This document shows positions 31,143 to 39,678 of a stretch of 64,000 nucleotides of DNA, in pieces. Numbering within the stretch: the stretch's first letter is position 1; each line of letters begins with the position of its first letter. The stretch covers positions 125,347-189,346 of the forward strand of contig JAFLVM010000001.1 in NCBI GenBank assembly GCA_022508305.1. The letters run 5' to 3'. The translations under genes were made by a program, and so were the position numbers. Origin of the DNA: Clostridiales bacterium. Its GTDB lineage: Bacteria > Bacillota > Clostridia > Christensenellales > CAG-314. The notes beneath the pieces were generated by a model that saw only the letters and a list, made by a program, of their open reading frames with translations, was not told the DNA's origin and did not search any database.

Positions 31143-31634
31143 ATGAGCAAGATAAAAAGTTTATTCGCCAAAATCAAATCTATTAAGAATATCGAAATCT
31201 ACGTTGCGCTATTGTTGGCGGTTGTCGTTATCGTTGCAGTATTCATTGGCAACTCTTCAAAAAATTCTGAGCAAACATCAACGGACAATTCATATATCGC
31301 GCAAATGGAGCATAAGATTTGTAACGTAGTAGAAAACATTTCCGGCTGCGGAAAAGCGACCGTTGCAATTTCTTACAGCAGCAACGAGGAAAAAGTTTAC
31401 GCCTACGAAACACAAACAACTACATCTAACGGCGTGACAACGGTGACAAAAAGCATTGTGTCCGTCAAAGGCGAGCCGTTGGTGACGGAAACTCTCCCGC
31501 CCAAAATTTTGGGAGTAGTGGTTGTTGCGGAAGGCGCGAATGACCCGATAATCCGCTACAAAATCGTTGAAGTGGTTGTAACACTGCTAAACGTTGACGC
31601 AAACAACGTACAAGTGTTCACATATAAAAGTTAG
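31143..31634 (+). CDS. spoIIIAG: stage III sporulation protein AG
   Basis: N-terminal TM helix and C-terminal VVVVAEGANDP pattern. Confidence 0.85.
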   Translation: MSKIKSLFAKIKSIKNIEIYVALLLAVVVIVAVFIGNSSKNSEQTSTDNSYIAQMEHKICNVVENISGCGKATVAISYSSNEEKVYAYETQTTTSNGVTTVTKSIVSVKGEPLVTETLPPKILGVVVVAEGANDPIIRYKIVEVVVTLLNVDANNVQVFTYKS

Positions 31635-31645
31635 GAGGACTAAAC

Positions 31646-32122
31646 ATGTCAAAAGGAAAGAAAATTGCTCTTATCGTATCTATGGTAGCAGTATTGGTTG
31701 TCGCTGCGGTGTTGAACGTCACTTTGCTTGCAACCAACAACAAAGAGCCAGGCGGCGAAGTTTTGCAAACAAGCTTCTTTACTACGTCACGTCTTGACAG
31801 ACAAACTCAGCGTGACTACTTGATTAGCGAGCTAAATCAGATCATCGCAATGGAAGGCGAGGAGAACGCGCAAGCAAGACAAAATGCGCTTGCTAAAAAG
31901 CAAGAACTAATCAATACCATGGAAACGGAAATGCTCATTGAGACCATTTTGAAAGCTCGCGGCTTTGACGACGTACTCGTTACCATCAATTCCAACACGG
32001 AAAGCGCCAGCGTAATGGTAGACAAAGACGTTCTTGACGACCAAGACACTGCCATCATCTACACCGTTGTGGCGGCAGAATCCGGCATTGGTTGGCAATA
32101 TATAAAAATACTGTGCGTGTAA
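31646..32122 (+). CDS. spoIIIAH: stage III sporulation protein AH
   Basis: N-terminal TM helix, FF..SRLDR and ETILKARGFDDVLV patterns. Confidence 0.85.
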   Translation: MSKGKKIALIVSMVAVLVVAAVLNVTLLATNNKEPGGEVLQTSFFTTSRLDRQTQRDYLISELNQIIAMEGEENAQARQNALAKKQELINTMETEMLIETILKARGFDDVLVTINSNTESASVMVDKDVLDDQDTAIIYTVVAAESGIGWQYIKILCV

Positions 32123-32182
32123 TCATTGTATTTTTTACTAATATGTGATATAATTATACAAAAGACAAAATAGGAGCAATCT

Positions 32183-32512
32183 ATGAAAGTTATAAATAGA
32201 TTTGACGAGTCGGGCAGACTTGTGTACAGCAGTGAAATTATCCGCGACATTGTGGACTGCGCTTTGGTTGAGGTTGAGGGTGTTGTAAAGTATCCCGACG
32301 ACTCTAAGCAAGCCAAAGACTCCATCAAGGTGGAGTACGTTGAGGATGAGGTGTTTATTGACGTATACGTCAAGCTTGCCTACAACGTTGAAGTCAGCGA
32401 CGTGGCGAGCAGCATTCAAAGCACGGTAAAAAACACGATAGAAAACATGACCGAGTTCAAGGTCAAGGACGTCAACGTTCACGTAATTGACGTGGAGTTT
32501 GAAGAAAACTAA
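32183..32512 (+). CDS. Asp23/Gls24-family alkaline shock protein
   Basis: Size and pattern (IIRDIVDCALVEVEGV...VNVHVIDV). Position before nusB, as for B. subtilis yqhY. Confidence 0.85.
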   Translation: MKVINRFDESGRLVYSSEIIRDIVDCALVEVEGVVKYPDDSKQAKDSIKVEYVEDEVFIDVYVKLAYNVEVSDVASSIQSTVKNTIENMTEFKVKDVNVHVIDVEFEEN

Positions 32513-32575
32513 TAAACTATGCGAAATTAACCCTTTGTTCATCAAGGGGTTTTTCGCGTTTGTGTGGAGATAATT

Positions 32576-32965
32576 ATGAGAGGTTACGCAAGAGAAACTG
32601 CGTTTTGCAAAATATATACATATTTGATGAGCGGCGTATTTGACGGCGATTTTTCACAATTCGACCAAGACAAACTGACGGAAGAAGATTTGCAGTTTGC
32701 AACGAGTTTGGTGGAGGGCGTCATTGCCGACAAAGCGCAGTTGGACGCTGTAATTAGCGAGTTTTCCCGATCCTTCAAGCTGTCGCGCATTTACCGACTC
32801 GACCTTGCCGCATTGGAGCTTGCAATTTGGGAGATGAAGAACGTTGGCACACCCGAGCCGGTTGCAATAAACGAGGCTGTGTCGCTTGTAAAGAAGTATT
32901 CAACTGAAAAGAGTGTATCCTACGTCAACGGCATACTTGCAGCCTACGTCAGGAGTGACAAATGA
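32576..32965 (+). CDS. nusB: transcription antitermination factor NusB
   Basis: AINEAVSLVKKYSTEKSVSYVNGIL pattern. Confidence 0.93.
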   Translation: MRGYARETAFCKIYTYLMSGVFDGDFSQFDQDKLTEEDLQFATSLVEGVIADKAQLDAVISEFSRSFKLSRIYRLDLAALELAIWEMKNVGTPEPVAINEAVSLVKKYSTEKSVSYVNGILAAYVRSDK

Positions 32966-33780
32966 GCGCGCGACAACTACTTGGCAAGCCCTGCGCCGAG
33001 GCAATTTACGCAGAAGTTCGTAAACGTCTTGCAAATAAAACCGCTAAGCTTGTCGCCGTCGGTTTTGACGAGGAGCGGTGGAATCAATACTGCAATTCTC
33101 TTAGCAAAAGCGCGGCAAACGTCGGAATAATCTGCGAGCAAGTTATTCTCGACAGCAAAGTTACGCCAAGTGAATTTGCCGAGGCGGTAACAAAGGTTTG
33201 CAAAGACGGTTCGGTCGCGGGCGTGATGGTACAACAGCCTTTGCCCAAAGAATACGCCGACGTTATCCACTGCATAGACGTCAACAAGGACGTGGATTGT
33301 CTGAACCCACTGTCTGTTGCAAGACTGTATCAAGGCGCGGACGGATTTCGTCCTGCAACGCCTCAAGCAGTGTTGCGTTTGCTTGACTACTACGGCGTGG
33401 ATTTGCAAGGCAAGAACGTCGTCATTATCGGCAGAGGTAACACTGTAGGCAAGCCGCTAATGCTAATGGCGCTTCAACGTAACGCAACCGTGACGGTGTG
33501 TCACACTAAAACCCGTAATTTGCCACAAATATGCCGAAACGCTGACGTTGTTATTTCTGCTTGCGGTGTGTCAAACCTCGTAACAGGCGATTTCGTGACG
33601 GGTAACAGCATCGTAATTGACGTCGGTTTGAGCTTTTCCAACGGGAAAACCTGTGGCGATGTGGCAAGCGAGGTGTACGACAAGTGCCAAGCCCTTTCCC
33701 CCGTTCCGGGCGGAGTCGGACCTGTAACCCGCGCGGTGCTGTTTGAAAATTTGGTAAAGGCGCTCAACAAATATCAATGA
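32962..33780 (+). CDS. folD: bifunctional methylenetetrahydrofolate dehydrogenase/cyclohydrolase
   Basis: VMVQQPLP, VVIIGRGNTVGKP and PVPGGVGPVT motifs. Confidence 0.95.
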   Translation: MSARQLLGKPCAEAIYAEVRKRLANKTAKLVAVGFDEERWNQYCNSLSKSAANVGIICEQVILDSKVTPSEFAEAVTKVCKDGSVAGVMVQQPLPKEYADVIHCIDVNKDVDCLNPLSVARLYQGADGFRPATPQAVLRLLDYYGVDLQGKNVVIIGRGNTVGKPLMLMALQRNATVTVCHTKTRNLPQICRNADVVISACGVSNLVTGDFVTGNSIVIDVGLSFSNGKTCGDVASEVYDKCQALSPVPGGVGPVTRAVLFENLVKALNKYQ

Positions 33781-34949
33781 CAATTTCCGTTACACAACTG
33801 AACAACTACATTCACGGCATTTTCGACATGGACGCCGTACTTTCCGACCTGTCCGTATGCGGTGAGATAACCAACGTAAAGCGGGCGCGCGACGGTTGGT
33901 ATTTTTCGTTGAAGGATGAGGGCGGAGCAATCAACTGCTTTTGTTACGAAAACAACCTCGAGCCGACAACGGGAACTGTCGCAGTAGTGGAAGGCAGGTT
34001 GAATTACTTTGTCAAAACGGGCAGCGTGTCCTTTTTCGTACGCAGACTTACCGCAACCAACAACACGGGCATTGCCTACTTGAAGTTTGTCGAGTTGCGT
34101 GACAGACTGCAAAAGGAAGGGCTGTTTGACGAGGAACGCAAGAAGGCAGTTCCCCATTGCGCCGGAAAAATTGGCGTTGTGACGAGTGAAACAGGCGCGG
34201 TGATACACGACATAACCAACGTAACACTCCGTAGACAGCCTTTCTGTGACGTTATTCTCTACCCCGTCAAGGTTCAAGGCGTTGGCGCGGAAAATGAAAT
34301 TGCCGAGGGCATAAACTACTTCAACCACAGCGACGTAGACGTAGTAATAGTTGGGCGAGGCGGCGGATCAAACGAGGATTTGTCCGTATTCAATTCGGAA
34401 ACGGTTGTGAGAGCAGTGGCAGCTTGCGTAAAACCCATTGTTTCGGCTGTTGGACACGGAATTGACTTTACTTTGTGCGACTTTGCTGCGGACAGACGAG
34501 CTGTTACGCCAAGCGAGGCGGCGGAGTTTGTAACGATTGACGCCACTCGGGAAAAATTGCGCATCAACGCATATCTGGACAAAATTAACAGCATAGTAAG
34601 CTCCCAACTCAGTCAACGCAAGGAACGGGTTGTACACAACTGCAAAGAGCTGCATCACGGCATAGACAGGCGACTTCTTCGGGAGCAAAACAAAGTCGTA
34701 CTGTGTTTGCGAGACGTCGAAACAGCGGCAAAATCCAAAGCGGAGCGTGTTGCTGTAAGATACGACAAAGTTACCGACAGACTGTCATCCGTCAACCCAA
34801 TGAACATTCTCAAACGCGGTTACGGTTACGTTTCCACCGAAAAAGGCGTAGTGCAATCTGTTAAACAACTGAGCGTTGGCGACAGCGTGACAATTCAACT
34901 ACAGGACGGCAAAGCGAAAGCGACAGTCACTTGCAAGGAGGCAAAATGA
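33777..34949 (+). CDS. xseA: exodeoxyribonuclease VII large subunit
   Basis: SVTQLNNYI..., GVVTSETGAVIHD and IVGRGGGS motifs. Confidence 0.95.
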   Translation: MTISVTQLNNYIHGIFDMDAVLSDLSVCGEITNVKRARDGWYFSLKDEGGAINCFCYENNLEPTTGTVAVVEGRLNYFVKTGSVSFFVRRLTATNNTGIAYLKFVELRDRLQKEGLFDEERKKAVPHCAGKIGVVTSETGAVIHDITNVTLRRQPFCDVILYPVKVQGVGAENEIAEGINYFNHSDVDVVIVGRGGGSNEDLSVFNSETVVRAVAACVKPIVSAVGHGIDFTLCDFAADRRAVTPSEAAEFVTIDATREKLRINAYLDKINSIVSSQLSQRKERVVHNCKELHHGIDRRLLREQNKVVLCLRDVETAAKSKAERVAVRYDKVTDRLSSVNPMNILKRGYGYVSTEKGVVQSVKQLSVGDSVTIQLQDGKAKATVTCKEAK

Positions 34950-35143
34950 ACTTAGAAGAAAAAATTGCCAAATTAGACCAACTGGCAAATGAAATAGAAG
35001 ATAGTACGTCCCTCGAGAAATCGTTGGAAATTTTTGAGCAGAGTATACAACTGGCAAACGAATGTATGACAACGCTCAACGACTGCAAGGGAAAGCTTGT
35101 AGTTTTGCAGGAAAAGGTGAGGAAAATAACCGATGAAGACTGA
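34946..35143 (+). CDS. xseB: exodeoxyribonuclease VII small subunit
   Basis: Size, LEKSLEIFEQSIQLANEC pattern, and SD AAGGAGG. Confidence 0.92.
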   Translation: MNLEEKIAKLDQLANEIEDSTSLEKSLEIFEQSIQLANECMTTLNDCKGKLVVLQEKVRKITDED

Positions 35144-35942
35144 TATTACCGTATCTTATGTAGACGAAATTTTGAGACAGTACCTGCCTAAAACTCGCGA
35201 CAAAGTGTTGCAGGCAATGGAATACAGCCTCTTTTCCGGTGGAAAGCGTTTTAGACCAATGCTACTTTTGTCCACGGCTAAAGCGGTGGGCGGACGTATA
35301 AACGACGGCGCAAAGACACTTGCTGCCGCTTTGGAATTTGTCCACACCTATTCGCTTATTCACGACGATTTGCCCTGTATGGACAACGACGATTTCCGTC
35401 GCGGCAAGCGTTCGTGCCATATGCAATTCGGCGAGGCTTCTGCAGTACTTGCAGGCGACGCTTTACTTAACCTTGCCTTTGAAACTGCATTGACGGGTCC
35501 CATGTCCAACAAGCGCTATCAGGCGGCGTGCGCGTACCTGTTCAAGATGAGCGGCATTCTCGGCTTGGTGCACGGTCAATCTCTCGATTTGTTTACGGAA
35601 ACGAGAACGGTTGAGGACGCCACGGAGCTTGCCATCAACAAAACGGGCACTCTAATCAGAGCTGCGTTAGTTTGTGGGGCGTTATGCGGTGGCGCAACGG
35701 ACGAAGAGGCCCAAATATTCGACGACATCGCTTGTAAATTGGGCGTATGTTACCAAGTTATTGATGACATTCTCGATTCGGCAAAATGCGAAAAATCATT
35801 CCTTGACATTTACACCGAGCAGGATTTAATAGACCACGTAAAGGTCTTGAACGGCGAAGTGAACGCGCTTTGTGACAAGCTTCCGTACGACTTGACCTTT
35901 ATCAAACAATTTTGCGAACAGAACCTTGCGCGTAAAAAGTAG
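35133..35942 (+). CDS. ispA: farnesyl/geranyl diphosphate synthase (polyprenyl synthetase)
   Basis: LIHDDLPCMDNDDFRRG and QVIDDILD aspartate-rich motifs. Confidence 0.93.
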   Translation: MKTDITVSYVDEILRQYLPKTRDKVLQAMEYSLFSGGKRFRPMLLLSTAKAVGGRINDGAKTLAAALEFVHTYSLIHDDLPCMDNDDFRRGKRSCHMQFGEASAVLAGDALLNLAFETALTGPMSNKRYQAACAYLFKMSGILGLVHGQSLDLFTETRTVEDATELAINKTGTLIRAALVCGALCGGATDEEAQIFDDIACKLGVCYQVIDDILDSAKCEKSFLDIYTEQDLIDHVKVLNGEVNALCDKLPYDLTFIKQFCEQNLARKK

Positions 35943-35967
35943 CGGTAATAGCATATACTGAAAATAT

Positions 35968-35996
35968 TTGCAATAATAACGGTTTTGTGCTAATAT
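35968..35996 (+). promoter_or_regulatory. sigma-A promoter in front of the large ncRNA
   Basis: TTGCAA-17 nt-TAATAT. Confidence 0.55.
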
Positions 35997-36004
35997 AATA
36001 TATG

Positions 36005-36622
36005 AGCATTTTGCTCAACAACTAAATAAAAACTTGGTGGTGCAGTATTCTAGTCAGAAGCTGACGTATTGAAGACGGGACTAAAAGACCGTCAACGAGC
36101 ACATCGATGAAGCTTCTTGTGCTTGCTTCCGTTGCCCAAACGGGGGCAGGTGCTGGGAGTTAAGAATATTGGGTAAGGCGTAATGGCATATGCTATACTC
36201 CCAATATTCGTGGAGACTCTACAGGGTGGTTGCCTAACACATAAGCAATTACTCTCTGAGGTTAAACCTGCTATGCGGTGAATAAAAAGCTGTGTACAGT
36301 GTAGCTTGTTTTGAGTGGGGTTTTGGGAGTACTGAACGCGTTTGTACCGTTGGCCTATGGTTTAGACGCGATTGCTTTACGAAATGAATTCTGCAAAAGA
36401 AACTAAAATACGACGGTTTCTGCAAAGGAAATCTTCTAGGCTGCAAATCAGGCTTGTCAGAGATTATAGTACGGACTAAGTGGCGATTCAGTTAAACACG
36501 TGGTGACACTGTTTAGACGGAATTAAAAGGAAACTGCTTCTTCGGCGACGGGGAGTTTTTGTCTGGGAAATCCTACTGAACCTATGCCGTAAGGTTTATC
36601 TGACGAGTCACCACCTTTTTTT
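36005..36622 (+). ncRNA. ole: OLE (ornate, large, extremophilic) RNA candidate
   Basis: A 0.7-kb gap with no credible ORF sits between ispA and a small basic membrane protein followed by dxs, which is the published ispA-OLE-oapA-dxs context. GGTGGTG (36036) pairs with CACCACC (36609) followed by T7. There are many internal perfect stems, e.g. GAATATTGGG (36163) / CCCAATATTC (36199). Exact ends are uncertain. Confidence 0.78.
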
Positions 36623-36648
36623 ATTACGTACAAGTTAAACGGAGATAT

Positions 36649-37302
36649 ATGAAAAATACAGATTCTGTTCCGCGACAAAACGCGGATGAAACAACGGAAG
36701 CGACACAACTACAGGAAGTTCCAAGCGAGGAGCAAGCGGTAGAGGCGAAGAAAAAGAAGGAACGCCCCATAACCAAGAAAAAGAAAAAGCGTAACCTTTG
36801 GCCTTTGAAGGCACTCGCCATAACCTTAGTGCTTGCTGCGGCAGTCAACGCCGCGTCCACAGTTGTGTTGGAGGAATTTCCTCACCTTTGGTTGGCAGCA
36901 TTGCTTACGGTGATAATCCTACTTGTTGGCGTATTATTCGATATGGTAGGTACAGCAGCAACAGCTTGCGACGAAGGTCCGTTTTTGTCCATGGCGTCAC
37001 GCAAGGTTAAGGGCGCTAAACTTGCTGTAAAACTGTCAAAGAAAAGCGACGTTGTGTCTTCGGTATGTTGCGATATCGTTGGTGACATATGCGGAATCGT
37101 ATCCGGTGTGTGCGCAGCAACGATTGCCGTATACACGCTAAATCTTAACGGCAGTTTTTGGTGGACAGTTTTAATTTACGCGCTTATTTCTACGCTTACA
37201 ATCACGCTTAAGGCTATCGGCAAGGGCATTGCAGTAAAAAAAGCCAACAGCATTATTTACGGCGTTGCAAAGATGCTAAGTATTTTCCGCAAAGAAGGAT
37301 AA
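36649..37302 (+). CDS. oapA: OLE-associated membrane protein OapA-like
   Basis: It lies immediately downstream of the ncRNA and upstream of dxs. Lys-rich tail KKKKERPITKKKKKRN followed by about 4 TM helices. Confidence 0.72.
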   Translation: MKNTDSVPRQNADETTEATQLQEVPSEEQAVEAKKKKERPITKKKKKRNLWPLKALAITLVLAAAVNAASTVVLEEFPHLWLAALLTVIILLVGVLFDMVGTAATACDEGPFLSMASRKVKGAKLAVKLSKKSDVVSSVCCDIVGDICGIVSGVCAATIAVYTLNLNGSFWWTVLIYALISTLTITLKAIGKGIAVKKANSIIYGVAKMLSIFRKEG

Positions 37303-37303
37303 C

Positions 37304-39112
37304 GTGCTCGAACAAATAAAGACAATTCAAGACCTAAAAAAACTCACCGTGCGTGAGCTGCCCGAGTTGTGCGCAGAAATCCGCCAAATGCTCATTTCCA
37401 ATGTGTTAGAAAGCGGCGGACACTTGGCAAGCAATTTGGGCGTTGTCGAACTCACAGTTGCGCTGCATTACGTATTCGACGAGCGTGACAGAATAGTGTG
37501 GGACGTAGGTCATCAAAGTTACGTACACAAAATTCTTACCTCTCGGGGTGAGAATTTTTCTTCATTACGTAGCAAAGACGGCGTCTCTGGATTCCCCGAT
37601 TGCGAAGAGGACGGGCGCGACAGTTTCAACACAGGTCACGCAGGTACGGCAATTTCCGCTGCGTTAGGACTAGCAAAGGCGCGCGACACGTTACACGATG
37701 ACTACAAGGTGATTGCTGTAGTGGGCGACGGTTCAATGACCTGCGGACTAACCTACGAAGCGTTGAACAACGTCAAGGACACCAATATGCTAATCGTGCT
37801 GAACGACAACAATATGTCCATTGGCAAGAACGTCGGTTCGGCAACGCTCAACATGTCCAAATTGCGTGTGGGCAAATACGACCGCAACAAGGAACGCTTG
37901 AAAAGGTTTTTGCTGAAAATTCCTCTTTTGGGCAAGCCTACCTACAAGTTTTTGCGTTGGTGTAAGCGAAGAGCAAAGCTCGGTTATCCACGCAACAGCT
38001 ATTTCGACAATTTTGATTTGAAATACGTGGGCATAATTGACGGTAACGAAGTAAAGGATTTGGTGTACTACCTCACGAGAATCAAAAACAACGTTACTAA
38101 GCCTACCGTACTGCAAATCGTCACAAAGAAGGGCAAAGGATACGAGCCTGCCGAGGCAGACCCCGAAACGTACCATTCCGTCAACAGAAAGGGCGCAGAG
38201 GTTGGCGCTCTCGAAAGCTCCGTAGTTGTAGGCGACACGCTTTGTAAAATTGCAAGCGAGCGCGAGGACGTCGTTGCCATCTGCGCTGCAATGGCTAAGG
38301 CGACTGGACTTGCCGCTTTCCAAAACCAATTCCCCGACCGATTTTACGACGTGGGTATTGCCGAGGAGCACGCGGTAACCTTCGCCGCAGGACTTGCCAA
38401 GGGTGGCGCAAGACCGTTCGTAGCAATTTATTCCTCTTTCCTACAACGTAGCTACGATCAAATTTTGCACGACGTAGCATTGCAAAACTTGCCCGTAACA
38501 TTTTTGATTGACAGGGCGGGCTTTGTAGGCGAGGACGGCAAGACGCACCAAGGGCTTTTCGATTTGTCCTATTTGTCGCAAATTCCTAATCTAAAGATAT
38601 GGACACCCTCGACTTACAGCGAGCTGTCTCAAATGATACAAAGTAGCCTACACGAAAATTGCCCCGTAGCAATACGTTACCCCAAGCGCTTGAGCAGTGA
38701 CAAGCGAGATTTTGTCGGTAGGTGGAACGTGCTTTCACCGTGCGACAACCCACGCCTCACCTTGCTTGCGGTTGGCGCCAATCAAACGAATACCGCTTTA
38801 CGCATTGCAGAGGCAGTACCGTCAGTGGAAGTAGTAGAGGTTACGACGGTAAAACCGCTTGACGCAAATTATCTAAATAGTATCAAAACTAACACCCAAA
38901 TTGTAACTTTGGAGGAAAACGTACTTCAAGGCGGATTTGGGCAAAGCGTAGCGGAATACATTGCAAAAAATAATAGCGGTGTACCCGTAATCAATCTTGG
39001 AGTAAACGATACCTTTGTTAAACATGCAACCGTTGAAGAGCAACTAATTGCAAATGGACTGGACTTTGACAGCCTGCTCAAAACGGTAACGGAAATTCTT
39101 TCAAACTGTTGA
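37304..39112 (+). CDS. dxs: 1-deoxy-D-xylulose-5-phosphate synthase
   Basis: GGHLASNLGVVELT, GDGSMTCG and IAEEHAVTFAAGLA motifs. GTG start. Confidence 0.96.
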   Translation: MLEQIKTIQDLKKLTVRELPELCAEIRQMLISNVLESGGHLASNLGVVELTVALHYVFDERDRIVWDVGHQSYVHKILTSRGENFSSLRSKDGVSGFPDCEEDGRDSFNTGHAGTAISAALGLAKARDTLHDDYKVIAVVGDGSMTCGLTYEALNNVKDTNMLIVLNDNNMSIGKNVGSATLNMSKLRVGKYDRNKERLKRFLLKIPLLGKPTYKFLRWCKRRAKLGYPRNSYFDNFDLKYVGIIDGNEVKDLVYYLTRIKNNVTKPTVLQIVTKKGKGYEPAEADPETYHSVNRKGAEVGALESSVVVGDTLCKIASEREDVVAICAAMAKATGLAAFQNQFPDRFYDVGIAEEHAVTFAAGLAKGGARPFVAIYSSFLQRSYDQILHDVALQNLPVTFLIDRAGFVGEDGKTHQGLFDLSYLSQIPNLKIWTPSTYSELSQMIQSSLHENCPVAIRYPKRLSSDKRDFVGRWNVLSPCDNPRLTLLAVGANQTNTALRIAEAVPSVEVVEVTTVKPLDANYLNSIKTNTQIVTLEENVLQGGFGQSVAEYIAKNNSGVPVINLGVNDTFVKHATVEEQLIANGLDFDSLLKTVTEILSNC

Positions 39113-39115
39113 ATA

Positions 39116-39172
39116 TATGCATAAAATATTGTATAATTGTAGAAAACAGTCAATTTTATGCAAAATTTGATA
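39116..39172 (+). promoter_or_regulatory. two ARG-box-like sites upstream of argR
   Basis: TATGCATAAAATATTGTA (39116-39133) and TATGCAAAATTTGATA (39157-39172) share TATGCA-A/T-rich-TTG. Confidence 0.35.
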
Positions 39173-39208
39173 TACTATTTCAGACATAGTATTCTATAAA
39201 GGTGGAAA

Positions 39209-39658
39209 ATGTCAAGAACGTCACGACAATCGGAAATTTTGAGCATCATTTCCTCAAAAAATATTGAAACGCAGGACGAGCTGGTTGCGGAATTACGGCT
39301 GGCGGGCTTTAGTATCACGCAGGCAACAATTTCTCGCGACATCAAAGAACTGGGGCTTATCAAAACGCTGACGGCAGACAACAAATACAAATACGTCACG
39401 AAGCAAACGATAGACGCCAAGCTGTCCGGTAAGTTGATGACGGTTGTGCGAGAGGCGGTAATTTCCGTTGTGACGGCGGAAAATTTGGTGGTAATAAAGA
39501 CCATTTCCGACAGCGCATCCGCAGTGTCAAGTGCGCTCGAACAGCTAACTCTAAGTGAAGCAGTGGGTATATTTTCCGACAGAAGCGCAGTTTTGGTGGT
39601 GTGCTCCAACGCTCGCGATGCCGAAACGGTAAAACGCAAGATTAACGAACTACTGTAA
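39209..39658 (+). CDS. argR: arginine repressor
   Basis: QDELVAELRLAGFSITQATISRDIKELGL motif. Confidence 0.94.
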   Translation: MSRTSRQSEILSIISSKNIETQDELVAELRLAGFSITQATISRDIKELGLIKTLTADNKYKYVTKQTIDAKLSGKLMTVVREAVISVVTAENLVVIKTISDSASAVSSALEQLTLSEAVGIFSDRSAVLVVCSNARDAETVKRKINELL

Positions 39659-39678
39659 GATAATTTCTATTCAAACAC

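Noticed and set aside
36249-36708. Minus-strand ORFs 36249-36446 and 36523-36708 inside the ispA-dxs gap.
   Set aside because: They have no SD and their sequences do not look like proteins. The region is better explained as a structured RNA (OLE candidate).
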